64,000 bases of DNA from Nonlabens sp. (GCA_020630715.1 JAHDIQ010000010.1:71883-135882), one strand, 5' to 3'. Positions 19,791-30,315 are shown, counted from the stretch's first letter. Numbers and translations: made by a program. Notes: generated from the sequence alone by a model not told the origin.

Positions 19791-20648
19791 ATGATGAACA
19801 TAAAATCAATATATACAGCAGTTAAGGGTTTATTTATTTTGAGTGTTGCGGCACTTTTAAATAGCTGTGAGGTAGACACTACCCAAACGGTGACGACTTT
19901 TGACAATTTAGTAATGTCAGATGAATTTAATGTAGACGGTGCGCCAGATAGTAATTTGTGGACTTATGACTTAGGCGATGGAACTTCAAATGGATTGCCA
20001 GCTGGCTGGGGAAATAATGAATTACAATACTACACAGATAGACCTGAGAATGTAAGTGTAGAAAACGGTTATCTACTTATCACAGCTAGAGAAGAAAGTT
20101 TTCAAGGATCATCCTATACATCTGCTAGATTAAAGACCCAAGGGTTGTTTGAACAAGCTTATGGTCGTTATGAAGCGCGTATAAAAGTGCCTTATGGACA
20201 AGGTTACTGGCCAGCATTCTGGTTACTAGGTAATGATTGTGATGTAAATATCTGGCCAGCATGTGGCGAGATTGATGTAATGGAATTTGTAGGCGATCAA
20301 CCTACAAAGGTATTCGGATCTGCCCATGGACCAGGTTTTAGTGGTGGAGAATCTATTTCAAAGGATTACGTCTTAGAAAATGGAAGATTTGATACAGAGT
20401 TTCACGTTTTTGGGATTGAGTGGTCACCAGATTACATTAACTATTATGTTGATGATGTGTTATACCAGCAAATTACCAGAGAAACCATTGCCGAAGAGAC
20501 CGATGGTGAAGGAGAATGGGTTTTTGATGGTCCATTTTATATCATTCTTAATGTAGCCATAGGTGGAGAACTTCCAGGATCACCTAATGCAGATACCATC
20601 TTTCCACAAACTATGCTCGTGGATTACGTAAGAGTATATCAAGAATAA
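19791..20648 (+). CDS. GH16 endo-beta-1,3-glucanase (laminarinase-type) lipoprotein
   Basis: 285 aa. Lipobox LLNSC. Catalytic GH16 motif GEIDVMEF (ExDxxE). WPAFWLLG. Confidence 0.9.
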   Translation: MMNIKSIYTAVKGLFILSVAALLNSCEVDTTQTVTTFDNLVMSDEFNVDGAPDSNLWTYDLGDGTSNGLPAGWGNNELQYYTDRPENVSVENGYLLITAREESFQGSSYTSARLKTQGLFEQAYGRYEARIKVPYGQGYWPAFWLLGNDCDVNIWPACGEIDVMEFVGDQPTKVFGSAHGPGFSGGESISKDYVLENGRFDTEFHVFGIEWSPDYINYYVDDVLYQQITRETIAEETDGEGEWVFDGPFYIILNVAIGGELPGSPNADTIFPQTMLVDYVRVYQE

Positions 20649-20692
20649 CAACCACAATTGATGATTTCAATCATTTATTTAAAGAACTTATA

Positions 20693-21469
20693 ATGAAAAC
20701 AACTTTAAAAAACTTTATAAAATCAGCTTTTATAGTAACGGTTATCGTGATGACCTATTCCTGCGAAAGCGAGGAACAGCTCGAGGAAATTCCACAATTA
20801 AAAGCTGGATTTACGCAAACAGTAGATCAAGGTAATGCTACGGTAAGTTTTATCAATACTTCTACAAATGTGGAAAGTTATTCATGGGATTTTGGTGATG
20901 GAACTACATCGACCTTAATTAATCCAGTAAAACAATACGACCTAGGAGGAACTTATACAGTTATACTAACGGTAACAAATGGTGACGCAACAGATACTTT
21001 TCAAGATGATATTTTCATAGAAGATATTTTTGATGGTGGACTGGTTGTGAATGGTGATTTTGAAAACGGCGCTGCGCCATGGATACAAGGTGTGGATGAT
21101 ACTAATCCAGCACCAGTCGTTACAGACGACGGTAATACTTATTATCAGGTAAATGTTACTAATCCTAATCCAGCACAACCATTTCTAGTGAATATGAGTC
21201 AGAAATTAGAAATTGTAAACGGTACAACGTACGTATTAACCTTTGATGCATGGTCTGATGTAAATAGAACCTTAATCGCTGGCATAGGATTAAGCAGTGG
21301 AACATTTGCAAATGATGTAGACACTGTTAATCTAACCACAACACAGCAAACCTTTCAATTAACGTTAACGGCTGGTGGTTTTGGCGCACCAGATGCACGC
21401 GTGTTATTTGATTCTAACGGTGCAGCTGGTTTGGTGAACATTGATAATGTGTCCTTAGTCGTTCAATAG
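20693..21469 (+). CDS. Lipoprotein with a PKD domain and a CBM4/9-like carbohydrate-binding domain
   Basis: 258 aa. Lipobox TYSC. PKD signature YSWDFGDGTTS...GGTYTVILTVTNG. Then LVVNGDFENGAAPW, typical of a CBM4_9 N-terminus. Confidence 0.7.
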   Translation: MKTTLKNFIKSAFIVTVIVMTYSCESEEQLEEIPQLKAGFTQTVDQGNATVSFINTSTNVESYSWDFGDGTTSTLINPVKQYDLGGTYTVILTVTNGDATDTFQDDIFIEDIFDGGLVVNGDFENGAAPWIQGVDDTNPAPVVTDDGNTYYQVNVTNPNPAQPFLVNMSQKLEIVNGTTYVLTFDAWSDVNRTLIAGIGLSSGTFANDVDTVNLTTTQQTFQLTLTAGGFGAPDARVLFDSNGAAGLVNIDNVSLVVQ

Positions 21470-21583
21470 TAGCTCTTAACGGCTTGTTTATTACCGTGTC
21501 AATGATTATGTGTGACTACATCGTACTTGACATTACGTTGAAAAACTTGGCACATCCTATGGTAGATAGGCCTATTTTAATTA

Positions 21584-21599
21584 CGCTTTCGCGAAAGCG
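21584..21599. repeat. Palindrome family copy 6 (16/16)
   Basis: Intergenic, 70 nt upstream of the 21669 ATG. Confidence 0.95.
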
Positions 21600-21668
21600 A
21601 AACAACCACATCAATTAGGAAACCTACGTCCTTATTTTTTTATAAAAACAGAATTTATTTGACCTCTA

Positions 21669-24600
21669 ATGAGTATAACAAATCTCCATATAGGAACTCA
21701 AAAAGCCCGTTTTCATAACTCCGAAATCACTGGTGAAGTAGTAATGATCAATAACGAAAGTTATTATCATATTGAAAATTACGACATGATGCGTCCATTT
21801 TTTATGAGCATCGTAAGTAATTCTGATCACTGGATGTTTATCTCTAGCAACGGTGGCGTAAGTGCTGGTCGTAAGAATAGTGATAATGCTATTTTCCCTT
21901 ACTATACAGATGATAAAATTACAGAACTAGCGCATACGACTGGTAGCAAAACGATCATTAGAGTAAAAGATGGTGATACTTTAAAATTGTGGGAACCTTT
22001 TAGCGATCGTTATACAGGGATTTATAATATCTCACGTGATTTATATAAGAGTAATTTAGGGAATAAGATTATTTTCCAGGAACATAATAAGGACCTCAAT
22101 CTTACTTTTAAATATCAGTGGAATAGTAGTGATATCTACGGCTTTATAAAAAAATCAGAATTGATCAATCATAATGAGCATGACGTCCATTGTGAGATCC
22201 TAGATGGGATGCAGAACATACTACCATCTGGTGTAGGAGAAGATTTGCAAAAAGCATCTAGTAACCTAGTAGATGCATACAAGCGTACAGAATTACAAGA
22301 AAAATCAGGAATAGGAATTATAGCCTTAAGTGCTATCATCGTTGATAAAGCAGAACCTAGCGAGGCATTAAAAGCAAATTTAGCCTGGTCCATAGGTGTT
22401 GAAAATCCTATTCATTTAGTTTCTAGCTTACAATTAAATAATTTTAGAAAAGGATTATCAGTAGTTCAAGAAACAGATGTAAAGGCAGAAAAAGGAGCAT
22501 ATTTTACAGTTGAAGAAGCAACCATATCTTCAAATACATCTAAAAAATGGATGTATGCCATAAACGTTAACCAGTCTATGGTAGATGTAGCACAGCTAGC
22601 TCATGAATTAACAGATGCTCATTCTTTACAACAACGTGTAGAAGATGATATCAAAAAAGGCAGTTTAAACCTTAGAAACCTCACCGCAGCAGCAGATGGT
22701 TTACAAGTTACAGATGATGCTTTGACAAACAATAGGCATTTTGCAAACACCTTATTTAATATTATGCGAGGTGGTATTTTTGATGATAATTATCGCATTG
22801 AAAAAGACGATTTCTTAAAATATATAAAAGCAGCAAATAATACTGTATATAAGGATCAATTAACGGTTTTAGAATCTTTACCTAGTTTATTTAATTTAGA
22901 TCATTTACACACGGTTGCTGCTACTAATACTGATCTTGATTTTAAGAGACTGTGCATTGAATACCTACCGCTTAAATTTAGCCGCAGGCATGGTGATCCT
23001 AGTCGTCCATGGAATAAATTTTCTATAAATACACGTAGCGAAGTTGATGGATCTAAGATCTTAGACTATGAAGGAAACTGGCGTGATATTTTCCAAAATT
23101 GGGAAGCGCTAGCTCATTCTTATCCTGAATTTATGGAAGGAATGATTCATAAGTTTTTAAACGCTTCTACCTTTGATGGATATAATCCTTACCGTGTTAC
23201 AAAAGGTGGTTTTGACTGGGAAGTGATTGAAGAAGATGATCCATGGTCATACATAGGATATTGGGGTGATCATCAGATCATCTACCTATTGAAATTTCTA
23301 GAATTCATAAAAGAATCAGATCCGGTAAAACTTAAAGCACTAAGTGATCAGGAATTATTTGTCTACGCAAATGTTCCTTACACGATTAAACCGTATGAGC
23401 AGATTTTAGAAAATTCTAAGGACACCATAGATTTTAATCATGCACAACAGGAATTAATAGAACAACGTAGAGCAACGATAGGAGTAGATGGTGCTTTAGT
23501 TCAGGATGCTAATCATAACATTTATAGAGTAAACTTTATTGAAAAATTACTGGCTACTGTTCTCGCCAAAGTCTCTAACCTCATTCCAGAAGCAGGAATA
23601 TGGTTAAATACACAACGTCCAGAATGGAATGATGCAAATAATGCATTAGTAGGTAATGGCGTTTCTATGGTCACCTTATATTACTTAAGAAGATTCTTAA
23701 GTTTTATGCAGGATTACCTAGCACAGTTAGAACAATCAGAAGTTGCTATTTCTGCAGAATTACAGCAAATGTTCTCGGGAATGTTAGCAACATTACAACA
23801 ATACCACGGTTTACTTTCTGGAGCTATTAGTGATCAAGATCGTCGCACTATTTTAGACGGTTTATCACAACCAGCTAGTGATTATCGCGAGCGTATTTAC
23901 TCGCATTCTTTCTCTGGTGATAAAACTGCCATTTCTATAAGTGATATCTCATCATTTGTAGCTATTACCTTAGATTATTTAGATCATAGTATCGTTGCAA
24001 ACCGCAGGAATGATGGAATGTACCATGCTTACAATTTAATGACTGTAGAAGATAATGGTGAGGTAAGTATATCTTACTTACCAGAAATGCTAGAAGGTCA
24101 GGTTGCTGTTTTAAGTGCTGGTAGTTTAACACCTGAACAATCACTAGAAGTAATGGATGGATTGAAAGCCAGTGCGTTATTCCGACCAGATCAGTATAGT
24201 TATATCCTATATCCAGAGAAGCAGCTACTAGGTTTTGAAGAAAAGAACATCATACCGCAAGAGCTGGTGAGTGGTTCAAAACTATTGACGCAATTACTAG
24301 CAGATGGTAATCACAGTATAGTAGTTCAAAATAGAGATGGAGAATACCATTTTAATAGTAGTTTCAATAATGTAAAAAGCTTGAAAAAAGCCTTAAATGT
24401 TCTTGAAGGTACGAAGTATGAATCATTAGCAACGCAAGAACGCAAGCAGTTAGAACGCAGTTTTGAAACCGTTTTTAATCATAAAGCATTTACGGGTAGA
24501 TCAGGAACATTCTTTGGTTATGAAGGACTAGGATCTATTTACTGGCACATGGTTTCTAAATTAGTACTAGCGGTTCAAGAAAGTAGTTTAAGAGCGATGG

Positions 24601-25139
24601 ATCAAGGTGCTAGTGATGAAGTCATAGGTAGAATGTTAGATCATTACTATGAGATGCAAGCTGGAATAGGAGTTCATAAATCGCCAGAATTATACGGTGC
24701 CGTTCCTACAGATCCCTATTCACATACACCAGCCACAAAAGGTGCCCAGCAACCAGGAATGACTGGTCAGGTAAAGGAAGATATCCTAAGTCGCATAGGC
24801 GAATTAGGTGCTTTTATTAAGGATGGTAAGTTGACATTTAAGCCTAGATTGTTAAGAAAACAGGAGTTTTTAAGTAGCTCAAAAAACTTTACATATGTAG
24901 ATGTAAACGGTGAAACGCATACCATCGAATTATCTGTAGGATCACTGGCTTTTACCTATGCACAAGTGCCTGTTATCTATAAAATGTCTAGTCGTGCTGG
25001 AGTTACGATTCATTTGACAAATGGTGAAACGGTAGCATCTGATGATCACGCAATAGATACTTCTTTAAGTAAGGAGATTTTTAATCGCACGCATCAGGTA
25101 AAAATGATTGAAGTAAACATAAATGACGGGTTAAAGTAA
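21669..25139 (+). CDS. Large cytoplasmic GH94-clan-like glycoside phosphorylase candidate (beta-1,3-glucan phosphorylase, GH149-like)
   Basis: 1156 aa with no signal peptide. EGNWRDIFQNW (~23079-23102) and PEWNDANNALVG (23622-23633 encodes EWND) resemble the RDxxQD and DWND catalytic-centre motifs I recall from GH94 phosphorylases. FTGRSGTFFGYEGLGSIYWH resembles a phosphate-binding loop. The size and genomic context fit GH149. Needs an HMM check. Confidence 0.5.
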   Translation: MSITNLHIGTQKARFHNSEITGEVVMINNESYYHIENYDMMRPFFMSIVSNSDHWMFISSNGGVSAGRKNSDNAIFPYYTDDKITELAHTTGSKTIIRVKDGDTLKLWEPFSDRYTGIYNISRDLYKSNLGNKIIFQEHNKDLNLTFKYQWNSSDIYGFIKKSELINHNEHDVHCEILDGMQNILPSGVGEDLQKASSNLVDAYKRTELQEKSGIGIIALSAIIVDKAEPSEALKANLAWSIGVENPIHLVSSLQLNNFRKGLSVVQETDVKAEKGAYFTVEEATISSNTSKKWMYAINVNQSMVDVAQLAHELTDAHSLQQRVEDDIKKGSLNLRNLTAAADGLQVTDDALTNNRHFANTLFNIMRGGIFDDNYRIEKDDFLKYIKAANNTVYKDQLTVLESLPSLFNLDHLHTVAATNTDLDFKRLCIEYLPLKFSRRHGDPSRPWNKFSINTRSEVDGSKILDYEGNWRDIFQNWEALAHSYPEFMEGMIHKFLNASTFDGYNPYRVTKGGFDWEVIEEDDPWSYIGYWGDHQIIYLLKFLEFIKESDPVKLKALSDQELFVYANVPYTIKPYEQILENSKDTIDFNHAQQELIEQRRATIGVDGALVQDANHNIYRVNFIEKLLATVLAKVSNLIPEAGIWLNTQRPEWNDANNALVGNGVSMVTLYYLRRFLSFMQDYLAQLEQSEVAISAELQQMFSGMLATLQQYHGLLSGAISDQDRRTILDGLSQPASDYRERIYSHSFSGDKTAISISDISSFVAITLDYLDHSIVANRRNDGMYHAYNLMTVEDNGEVSISYLPEMLEGQVAVLSAGSLTPEQSLEVMDGLKASALFRPDQYSYILYPEKQLLGFEEKNIIPQELVSGSKLLTQLLADGNHSIVVQNRDGEYHFNSSFNNVKSLKKALNVLEGTKYESLATQERKQLERSFETVFNHKAFTGRSGTFFGYEGLGSIYWHMVSKLVLAVQESSLRAMDQGASDEVIGRMLDHYYEMQAGIGVHKSPELYGAVPTDPYSHTPATKGAQQPGMTGQVKEDILSRIGELGAFIKDGKLTFKPRLLRKQEFLSSSKNFTYVDVNGETHTIELSVGSLAFTYAQVPVIYKMSSRAGVTIHLTNGETVASDDHAIDTSLSKEIFNRTHQVKMIEVNINDGLK

Positions 25140-25151
25140 TCGGGTTGTAAT

Positions 25152-25177
25152 GATTACGCTTTCGCGAAAGCGTAATC
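25152..25177. repeat. Palindrome family copy 7 (perfect 26-bp palindrome GATTACGCTTTCGCGAAAGCGTAATC)
   Basis: It fills much of the 65-nt gap between the phosphorylase-like gene and the GH17 gene. Confidence 0.95.
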
Positions 25178-25204
25178 CACACAATCTCACAACACAATTA
25201 AACA

Positions 25205-26473
25205 ATGAGATACATAAGCAACATAGTGATTTTAATGCTATTACTAGTAGCATGTAAACCTGTTGCGCCAGATGCTCAAGAAACTAATAAAGAATTGCAA
25301 ATGAACGCAAGTGATATTTTATCTAATCCTGATTATGTAGCAATATCCTACGGTGGTTATAGAGGTGTTTCTAGAGATGAACAACCTACTATTAAAGAAT
25401 TGAAAGAAGATTTAAGAATCATGCACGCAATGGGAATACGAGTCTTGCGTACCTATAACATGCAGTTACCGCATGCTACAAATGTGGTTAAAGCGATATC
25501 CCAATTAAAAGAAAATGATGCCGAGTTTGAAATGTACGTGATGCTAGGCGCATGGATTGATTGTAAAAATGCATGGACCGGTTTACCGGTAGACCACTAT
25601 ATAGAAAGTGAACAAAATGCTGATGAGATCGCGAGAGCAGTTGCGTTAACTAATGAGTATCCTGATATTATTAAAATCATAGCCGTAGGAAATGAGGCTA
25701 TGGTTAAATGGGCAACTAGTTATTACGTCCAGCCAGATGTGATTTTAAAATGGGTGAACCATTTACAGGATTTAAAAAAGAACAACAAACTGGCAAAAGA
25801 TACCTGGATCACAAGTTCAGATAACTTTGCTTCATGGGGTGGAGGCGATTCATTGTATCACGTTCCAGCTTTAGAGGAGTTAATAAGAGCTGTGGACTAT
25901 CTATCGGTTCATACGTATCCCATGCACGATACGCATTACAATCCAGTTTTTTGGGGTGTGAATGAAGATGAAACTCAACTATCAAAGAAAAAGCAAATTG
26001 CCAAAGCCATGTCCAGATCCAGAGATTATGCGATGGCTCAATATGATAGTGTTGTGCGATACATGCACAGTCTAGGTGTTAAAAAACAAGTTCATATAGG
26101 AGAAACTGGATGGGCTAGTTATTCTAATGGACATTATGGTGATAACGGTTCTAAAGCAACAGATGAGTATAAGTTAGGATTATATTATCAATTGATGCGT
26201 GAGTGGACTAAGGACAAAAACATTGCTTGTTTCTATTTTGAAGCTTTTGATGAACAGTGGAAGGATGCGGGAAATCCGCAGGGATCTGAAAATCATTTTG
26301 GACTGATTAATCTTAAATCACAAGCAAAATATCCATTGTGGTCGCTAGTAGATCGTGGCGTTTTTGATAGTTTGAAACGCGATGGAAAACGTATTGCAAA
26401 AACCTATGGAGGGAATTTAAATAGCCTGCTTCAGGATGTGAAATTACCACCAGTTAAAATTATGGCTCACTAA
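25205..26473 (+). CDS. GH17 beta-1,3-glucanase lipoprotein
   Basis: 422 aa. Lipobox LLVAC. IAVGNEAMV (acid/base) and HIGETGWAS (nucleophile), typical of GH17. Confidence 0.75.
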   Translation: MRYISNIVILMLLLVACKPVAPDAQETNKELQMNASDILSNPDYVAISYGGYRGVSRDEQPTIKELKEDLRIMHAMGIRVLRTYNMQLPHATNVVKAISQLKENDAEFEMYVMLGAWIDCKNAWTGLPVDHYIESEQNADEIARAVALTNEYPDIIKIIAVGNEAMVKWATSYYVQPDVILKWVNHLQDLKKNNKLAKDTWITSSDNFASWGGGDSLYHVPALEELIRAVDYLSVHTYPMHDTHYNPVFWGVNEDETQLSKKKQIAKAMSRSRDYAMAQYDSVVRYMHSLGVKKQVHIGETGWASYSNGHYGDNGSKATDEYKLGLYYQLMREWTKDKNIACFYFEAFDEQWKDAGNPQGSENHFGLINLKSQAKYPLWSLVDRGVFDSLKRDGKRIAKTYGGNLNSLLQDVKLPPVKIMAH

Positions 26474-27969
26474 TGAAAAACTTGAATCCTTCTATTTATT
26501 TAATCATAGCTTCATTCCTTATGAGTTGCGAGAACAAATTACCAGAATTAGATACTACGATATATGAAACATCTGCCGCTGGTAACCAACTAACGGTAGT
26601 TTCAGATTTTGAACCTTTAGATTCTGTTACCGTAGTAAGCTTAAATGAAGAAAAAACATATCAAAAAATTACGGGTTTTGGCGGCGCATTTACAGAGTCT
26701 TCTGCCTATTTACTAAATCGATTAAGTAAAGAAAATCGCAATGAAATTTTAGAAGCCTATTTTTCTGAAGATGGAGCAAATTATTCTTTAACACGCACAC
26801 ACATGAATAGTTGTGATTTCTCATTATCACAATATTCTTATGCAGCTGTTCCAGATGATATGGAGTTGAGAAACTTTACGGTAGAAGAAGACCGTGAGGA
26901 TTTAATCCCTATGATTAAAGACGCTATGGCGATTTCAAAAGATGGTTTTAAACTATTTGCATCACCGTGGACAGCACCACCATGGATGAAAGATAATAAT
27001 GAATGGGTAGGCGGTAAATTATTACCAGAATATTACGACACATGGGCATTGTTCTTTTCAAAATACATCGAAGCTTACCGGGAAGAAGGAATTGAATTAT
27101 GGGGTTTTACTGTAGAGAATGAACCACACGGAAATGGGAACAACTGGGAAAGTATGCACTACACGCCAGAAGAGATGACCACTTTTGTGCAGCACCATCT
27201 AGGACCTCACTTAGAAGAAAAAGGTTACGGCGATAAAATCATTCTAGGATATGATCAGAATAGAGCAGGAATTAAAGAATGGGTAGATGTCATGTACGCC
27301 ACACCAGAATCTTCAAAATATTATGACGGTACCGCAATTCACTGGTATGAAAGCACCTATGAAATCTTTGCAGATGATCTACAATATGCACATGAAAAAG
27401 CACCAGATAAATATCTGATTGAAACAGAAGGTTGTGTGGATAGTGAAGTCCCAGCATGGAAAGATGATGCATGGTACTGGAAAAAAGAAGCTACAGATTG
27501 GGGCTGGGATTGGGCTCCAGAGGAACAAAAATATTTACATCCTAAATATGCGCCGGTAAATAGGTACGCACGTGATATCATAGGTTGCATGAATAATTGG
27601 GTAGACGGCTGGGTAGACTGGAATATGGTACTGGATAAACAAGGTGGACCTAACTGGTTTAAGAACTGGTGTGCTGCGCCAGTAATCGTAGATCCAGATA
27701 TTGATGAGGTGTATTACACACCATTATATTATGTGATGGCTCACTTTAGTAAGTTCATACGTCCTGATGCAACGGTTATAGATGTTCAATCTACAGATGA
27801 TGACCTACAAATTACGGCAGCCATAAATCCTGATGGTACTACCGCTGTTGTGGTTTTTAATGAAGGAATGGAAAAGAAGTCCTTTGAATTACGCTTTCGC
27901 GAAAGCGTAACTACCATCAACATCGATGCACAAGCGTTACAAACAATAATGATACCAACTAAAAAATAA
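26473..27969 (+). CDS. GH30 glycosidase (beta-1,6-glucanase / glucosylceramidase family) lipoprotein
   Basis: 498 aa. Lipobox FLMSC. GFGGAFTES, FTVENEPHG (acid/base), YLIETEGC (nucleophile). TAATG overlap with the upstream gene. Contains palindrome copy 27889..27910. Confidence 0.85.
   Translation: MKNLNPSIYLIIASFLMSCENKLPELDTTIYETSAAGNQLTVVSDFEPLDSVTVVSLNEEKTYQKITGFGGAFTESSAYLLNRLSKENRNEILEAYFSEDGANYSLTRTHMNSCDFSLSQYSYAAVPDDMELRNFTVEEDREDLIPMIKDAMAISKDGFKLFASPWTAPPWMKDNNEWVGGKLLPEYYDTWALFFSKYIEAYREEGIELWGFTVENEPHGNGNNWESMHYTPEEMTTFVQHHLGPHLEEKGYGDKIILGYDQNRAGIKEWVDVMYATPESSKYYDGTAIHWYESTYEIFADDLQYAHEKAPDKYLIETEGCVDSEVPAWKDDAWYWKKEATDWGWDWAPEEQKYLHPKYAPVNRYARDIIGCMNNWVDGWVDWNMVLDKQGGPNWFKNWCAAPVIVDPDIDEVYYTPLYYVMAHFSKFIRPDATVIDVQSTDDDLQITAAINPDGTTAVVVFNEGMEKKSFELRFRESVTTINIDAQALQTIMIPTKK
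27889..27910. repeat. Palindrome family copy 8 (perfect 22-bp palindrome TTACGCTTTCGCGAAAGCGTAA)
   Basis: Inside the GH30 CDS. Read as L-R-F-R-E-S-V. Confidence 0.95.
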
Positions 27970-27973
27970 GAAA

Positions 27974-30313
27974 ATGTCTACTACTGTAAATAAAGTTCCA
28001 TTCGGTCAGAAGTTAGCATTCGGCATAGGGATGTTTGCAAATCAGATGTTCCCAGCTATTTTGGGAATATTTATGGTAGTGCTAGTGGAAGATCTGAAAT
28101 TTTCAGGATTGATGTGGGCAATGATTTATTTGTTTCCTAGACTTTTAGATGCTGTTACAGATCCTATTATGGGCTTTGTATCTGATAATACAAAATCTAA
28201 ATGGGGAAGAAGGCGTGTTTATGTTATAATAGGTGCGGTAATTATGTGTGTCTCTTACATTTTTATGTGGCAACTGTTTAAGGAAAACTCTTTACAGTAT
28301 AATTTTTGGTACTTTTTTCTATGGTCAGTAGTTTTTTATATTGGGCTTACCTTTTTTAGTGTTCCTTATGTGGCGATGGGTTATGAAATGAGTGATGATT
28401 TTCATGAAAGAACTAATATTATGGCTATTGCTCAATGGATAGGTCAATGGGCATGGGTGATAGCACCTCTATTCTGGTTGATTATGTATGACCCAGAATG
28501 GTTCCCTAGTGCAGATGTTGCTGCCAGAGAGTTAGCAATTTGGGTCGCGATACCTTGTGCGGTCTGTGCTTTAATTCCAGCTTTATTTATTAAAGGAAAG
28601 TCTACCTTAGAAGAAGATTATGAACCTTTAAATCTGTCTAACATAGGCGGTAGTTTGACAAAAATTGCTGAAAGTTTTAGTGAGGCTTTTAGAATTAAAG
28701 AGTTTAGAAAATTATGTGGTGCAACGTTTTTTATATACAATGCCTTCATGGCGGTTTCATCACTTACATTTTTTGTAATTGTATATAAATTATTTAATGG
28801 TGATACAGAAGCAACTGGAATTTGGGTTTCTTTATTTGGCTGTTTAGGTGCTTTATCTACAACTTTTATCGTTATACCTATTGTTACAAGGCTATCTAGA
28901 AAGTTAGGTAAGAAGAAAGCCTTTATGGTATGTCAAAGTATTTCCATAACAGGATACATTGCGCTTTACTTTTTATTTATACCTGGAAAACCATGGATGT
29001 ACATATTTGCTTTACCGTTATTTTCATTTGGTATAGGTAGTTTATTTACGATTATGATGTCTATGACAGCAGATGTTATTGATATTGATGAATTGAATAC
29101 AGGTAAGCGTAGAGAAGGTACTTTTGGTGCTATTTACTGGTGGATGGTTAAGGTGGGATTTGCAATTGCTGGTGCTTTGAGCGGTGCGATTATTTGGATC
29201 GTAGGTTTTGATGCTGATTTGCCTACCTTAGAACAGCAAGGAGCCGTTGATGGATTGCATGCATTCTTTTGTTTTTTTCCTACTTTAGGGACTTTAGCAG
29301 CGATGTATATCATGCGTAGTTATGATGTTACAGAGGAACGCGCAAATGAAATTAGATCTCAACTTAACGAGCGTAAAAATGTTAAACAACCTGTAAGTTC
29401 ATCTTATTACGCTCTTGATAAATTGAATCAACTAGGGATTAATAATAATGTTGAACCTTTGAGTACTGACGTTCCACTTTCACTGGATAGTTCAGTTCTT
29501 AAAAAATCGTTTTATGATACGTTAAATACAGGGATGCATGGTATCTGTTTTAGTCCTTATAAAGAAGGACAAAACATAGGAGATTATTTATCACAAGGAC
29601 AAATAAAGCAACGTATGGCAGTGGTGCAACCTCATACGTCATGGGTTAGATCTTTTTCCTGTACAGATGGTAACGAGATTATACCTGTTGAAGCAAAAAA
29701 AGCTTCCTTAAACACAATGGTAGGTGCATGGATAGGTAGGGATAAAAAGACTAACGACAAAGAATTAGAATCCTTAATATCAATTTCTAAACAAGGTTAC
29801 ACAGATATTGCAGTAGTAGGAAATGAAGTTTTATTAAGAGGAGATCTGTCTCTTGAAGAATTATTAGCCTATATAAAAACCTTTAAAGAGCAAGTGCCAC
29901 AGGTTAAAGTCGGTTATGTAGACGCGTACTACAAATTTATAGATCATCCGGAGTTGATCGATGCTTGTGATTATGTATTAATTAATTGCTATCCTTTTTG
30001 GGAAGGTTATGAAATAGAAAAAGCAACAGCCTATTTAAACGAAATGTATAGCATCGTTAAAAGTAGAGCAAAAGGCAAAGAAGTTATTATTACTGAGACT
30101 GGATGGCCAGATAGAGGAGATGCAACTGCAAATGCGCTACCATCTAAAGATAATGCGATGCGTTATTTTATAAATACTCAAAAATGGTCACGCGCTAATA
30201 GCTTACCAGTATTTTATTTCTCTTCATTTGATGAATCGTGGAAGGTGCACCATGAAGGAGATGTGGGAGAACGCTGGGGAATTTGGAATCAAAATGAACA
30301 ATTGAAATATTAG
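27974..30313 (+). CDS. Fusion protein: GPH-family (MelB-like) sugar:cation symporter + C-terminal GH17 domain
   Basis: 779 aa. N-terminal RLLDAVTDPIMGFVSDNTKSKWGRRR (GPH signature) and about 12 TM segments. A ~40-aa linker. The GH17 domain starts at ~29500, with VVGNEVL and IITETGWPDRG. This domain is clearly paralogous to the next gene. Confidence 0.8.
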   Translation: MSTTVNKVPFGQKLAFGIGMFANQMFPAILGIFMVVLVEDLKFSGLMWAMIYLFPRLLDAVTDPIMGFVSDNTKSKWGRRRVYVIIGAVIMCVSYIFMWQLFKENSLQYNFWYFFLWSVVFYIGLTFFSVPYVAMGYEMSDDFHERTNIMAIAQWIGQWAWVIAPLFWLIMYDPEWFPSADVAARELAIWVAIPCAVCALIPALFIKGKSTLEEDYEPLNLSNIGGSLTKIAESFSEAFRIKEFRKLCGATFFIYNAFMAVSSLTFFVIVYKLFNGDTEATGIWVSLFGCLGALSTTFIVIPIVTRLSRKLGKKKAFMVCQSISITGYIALYFLFIPGKPWMYIFALPLFSFGIGSLFTIMMSMTADVIDIDELNTGKRREGTFGAIYWWMVKVGFAIAGALSGAIIWIVGFDADLPTLEQQGAVDGLHAFFCFFPTLGTLAAMYIMRSYDVTEERANEIRSQLNERKNVKQPVSSSYYALDKLNQLGINNNVEPLSTDVPLSLDSSVLKKSFYDTLNTGMHGICFSPYKEGQNIGDYLSQGQIKQRMAVVQPHTSWVRSFSCTDGNEIIPVEAKKASLNTMVGAWIGRDKKTNDKELESLISISKQGYTDIAVVGNEVLLRGDLSLEELLAYIKTFKEQVPQVKVGYVDAYYKFIDHPELIDACDYVLINCYPFWEGYEIEKATAYLNEMYSIVKSRAKGKEVIITETGWPDRGDATANALPSKDNAMRYFINTQKWSRANSLPVFYFSSFDESWKVHHEGDVGERWGIWNQNEQLKY

Positions 30314-30315
30314 TT

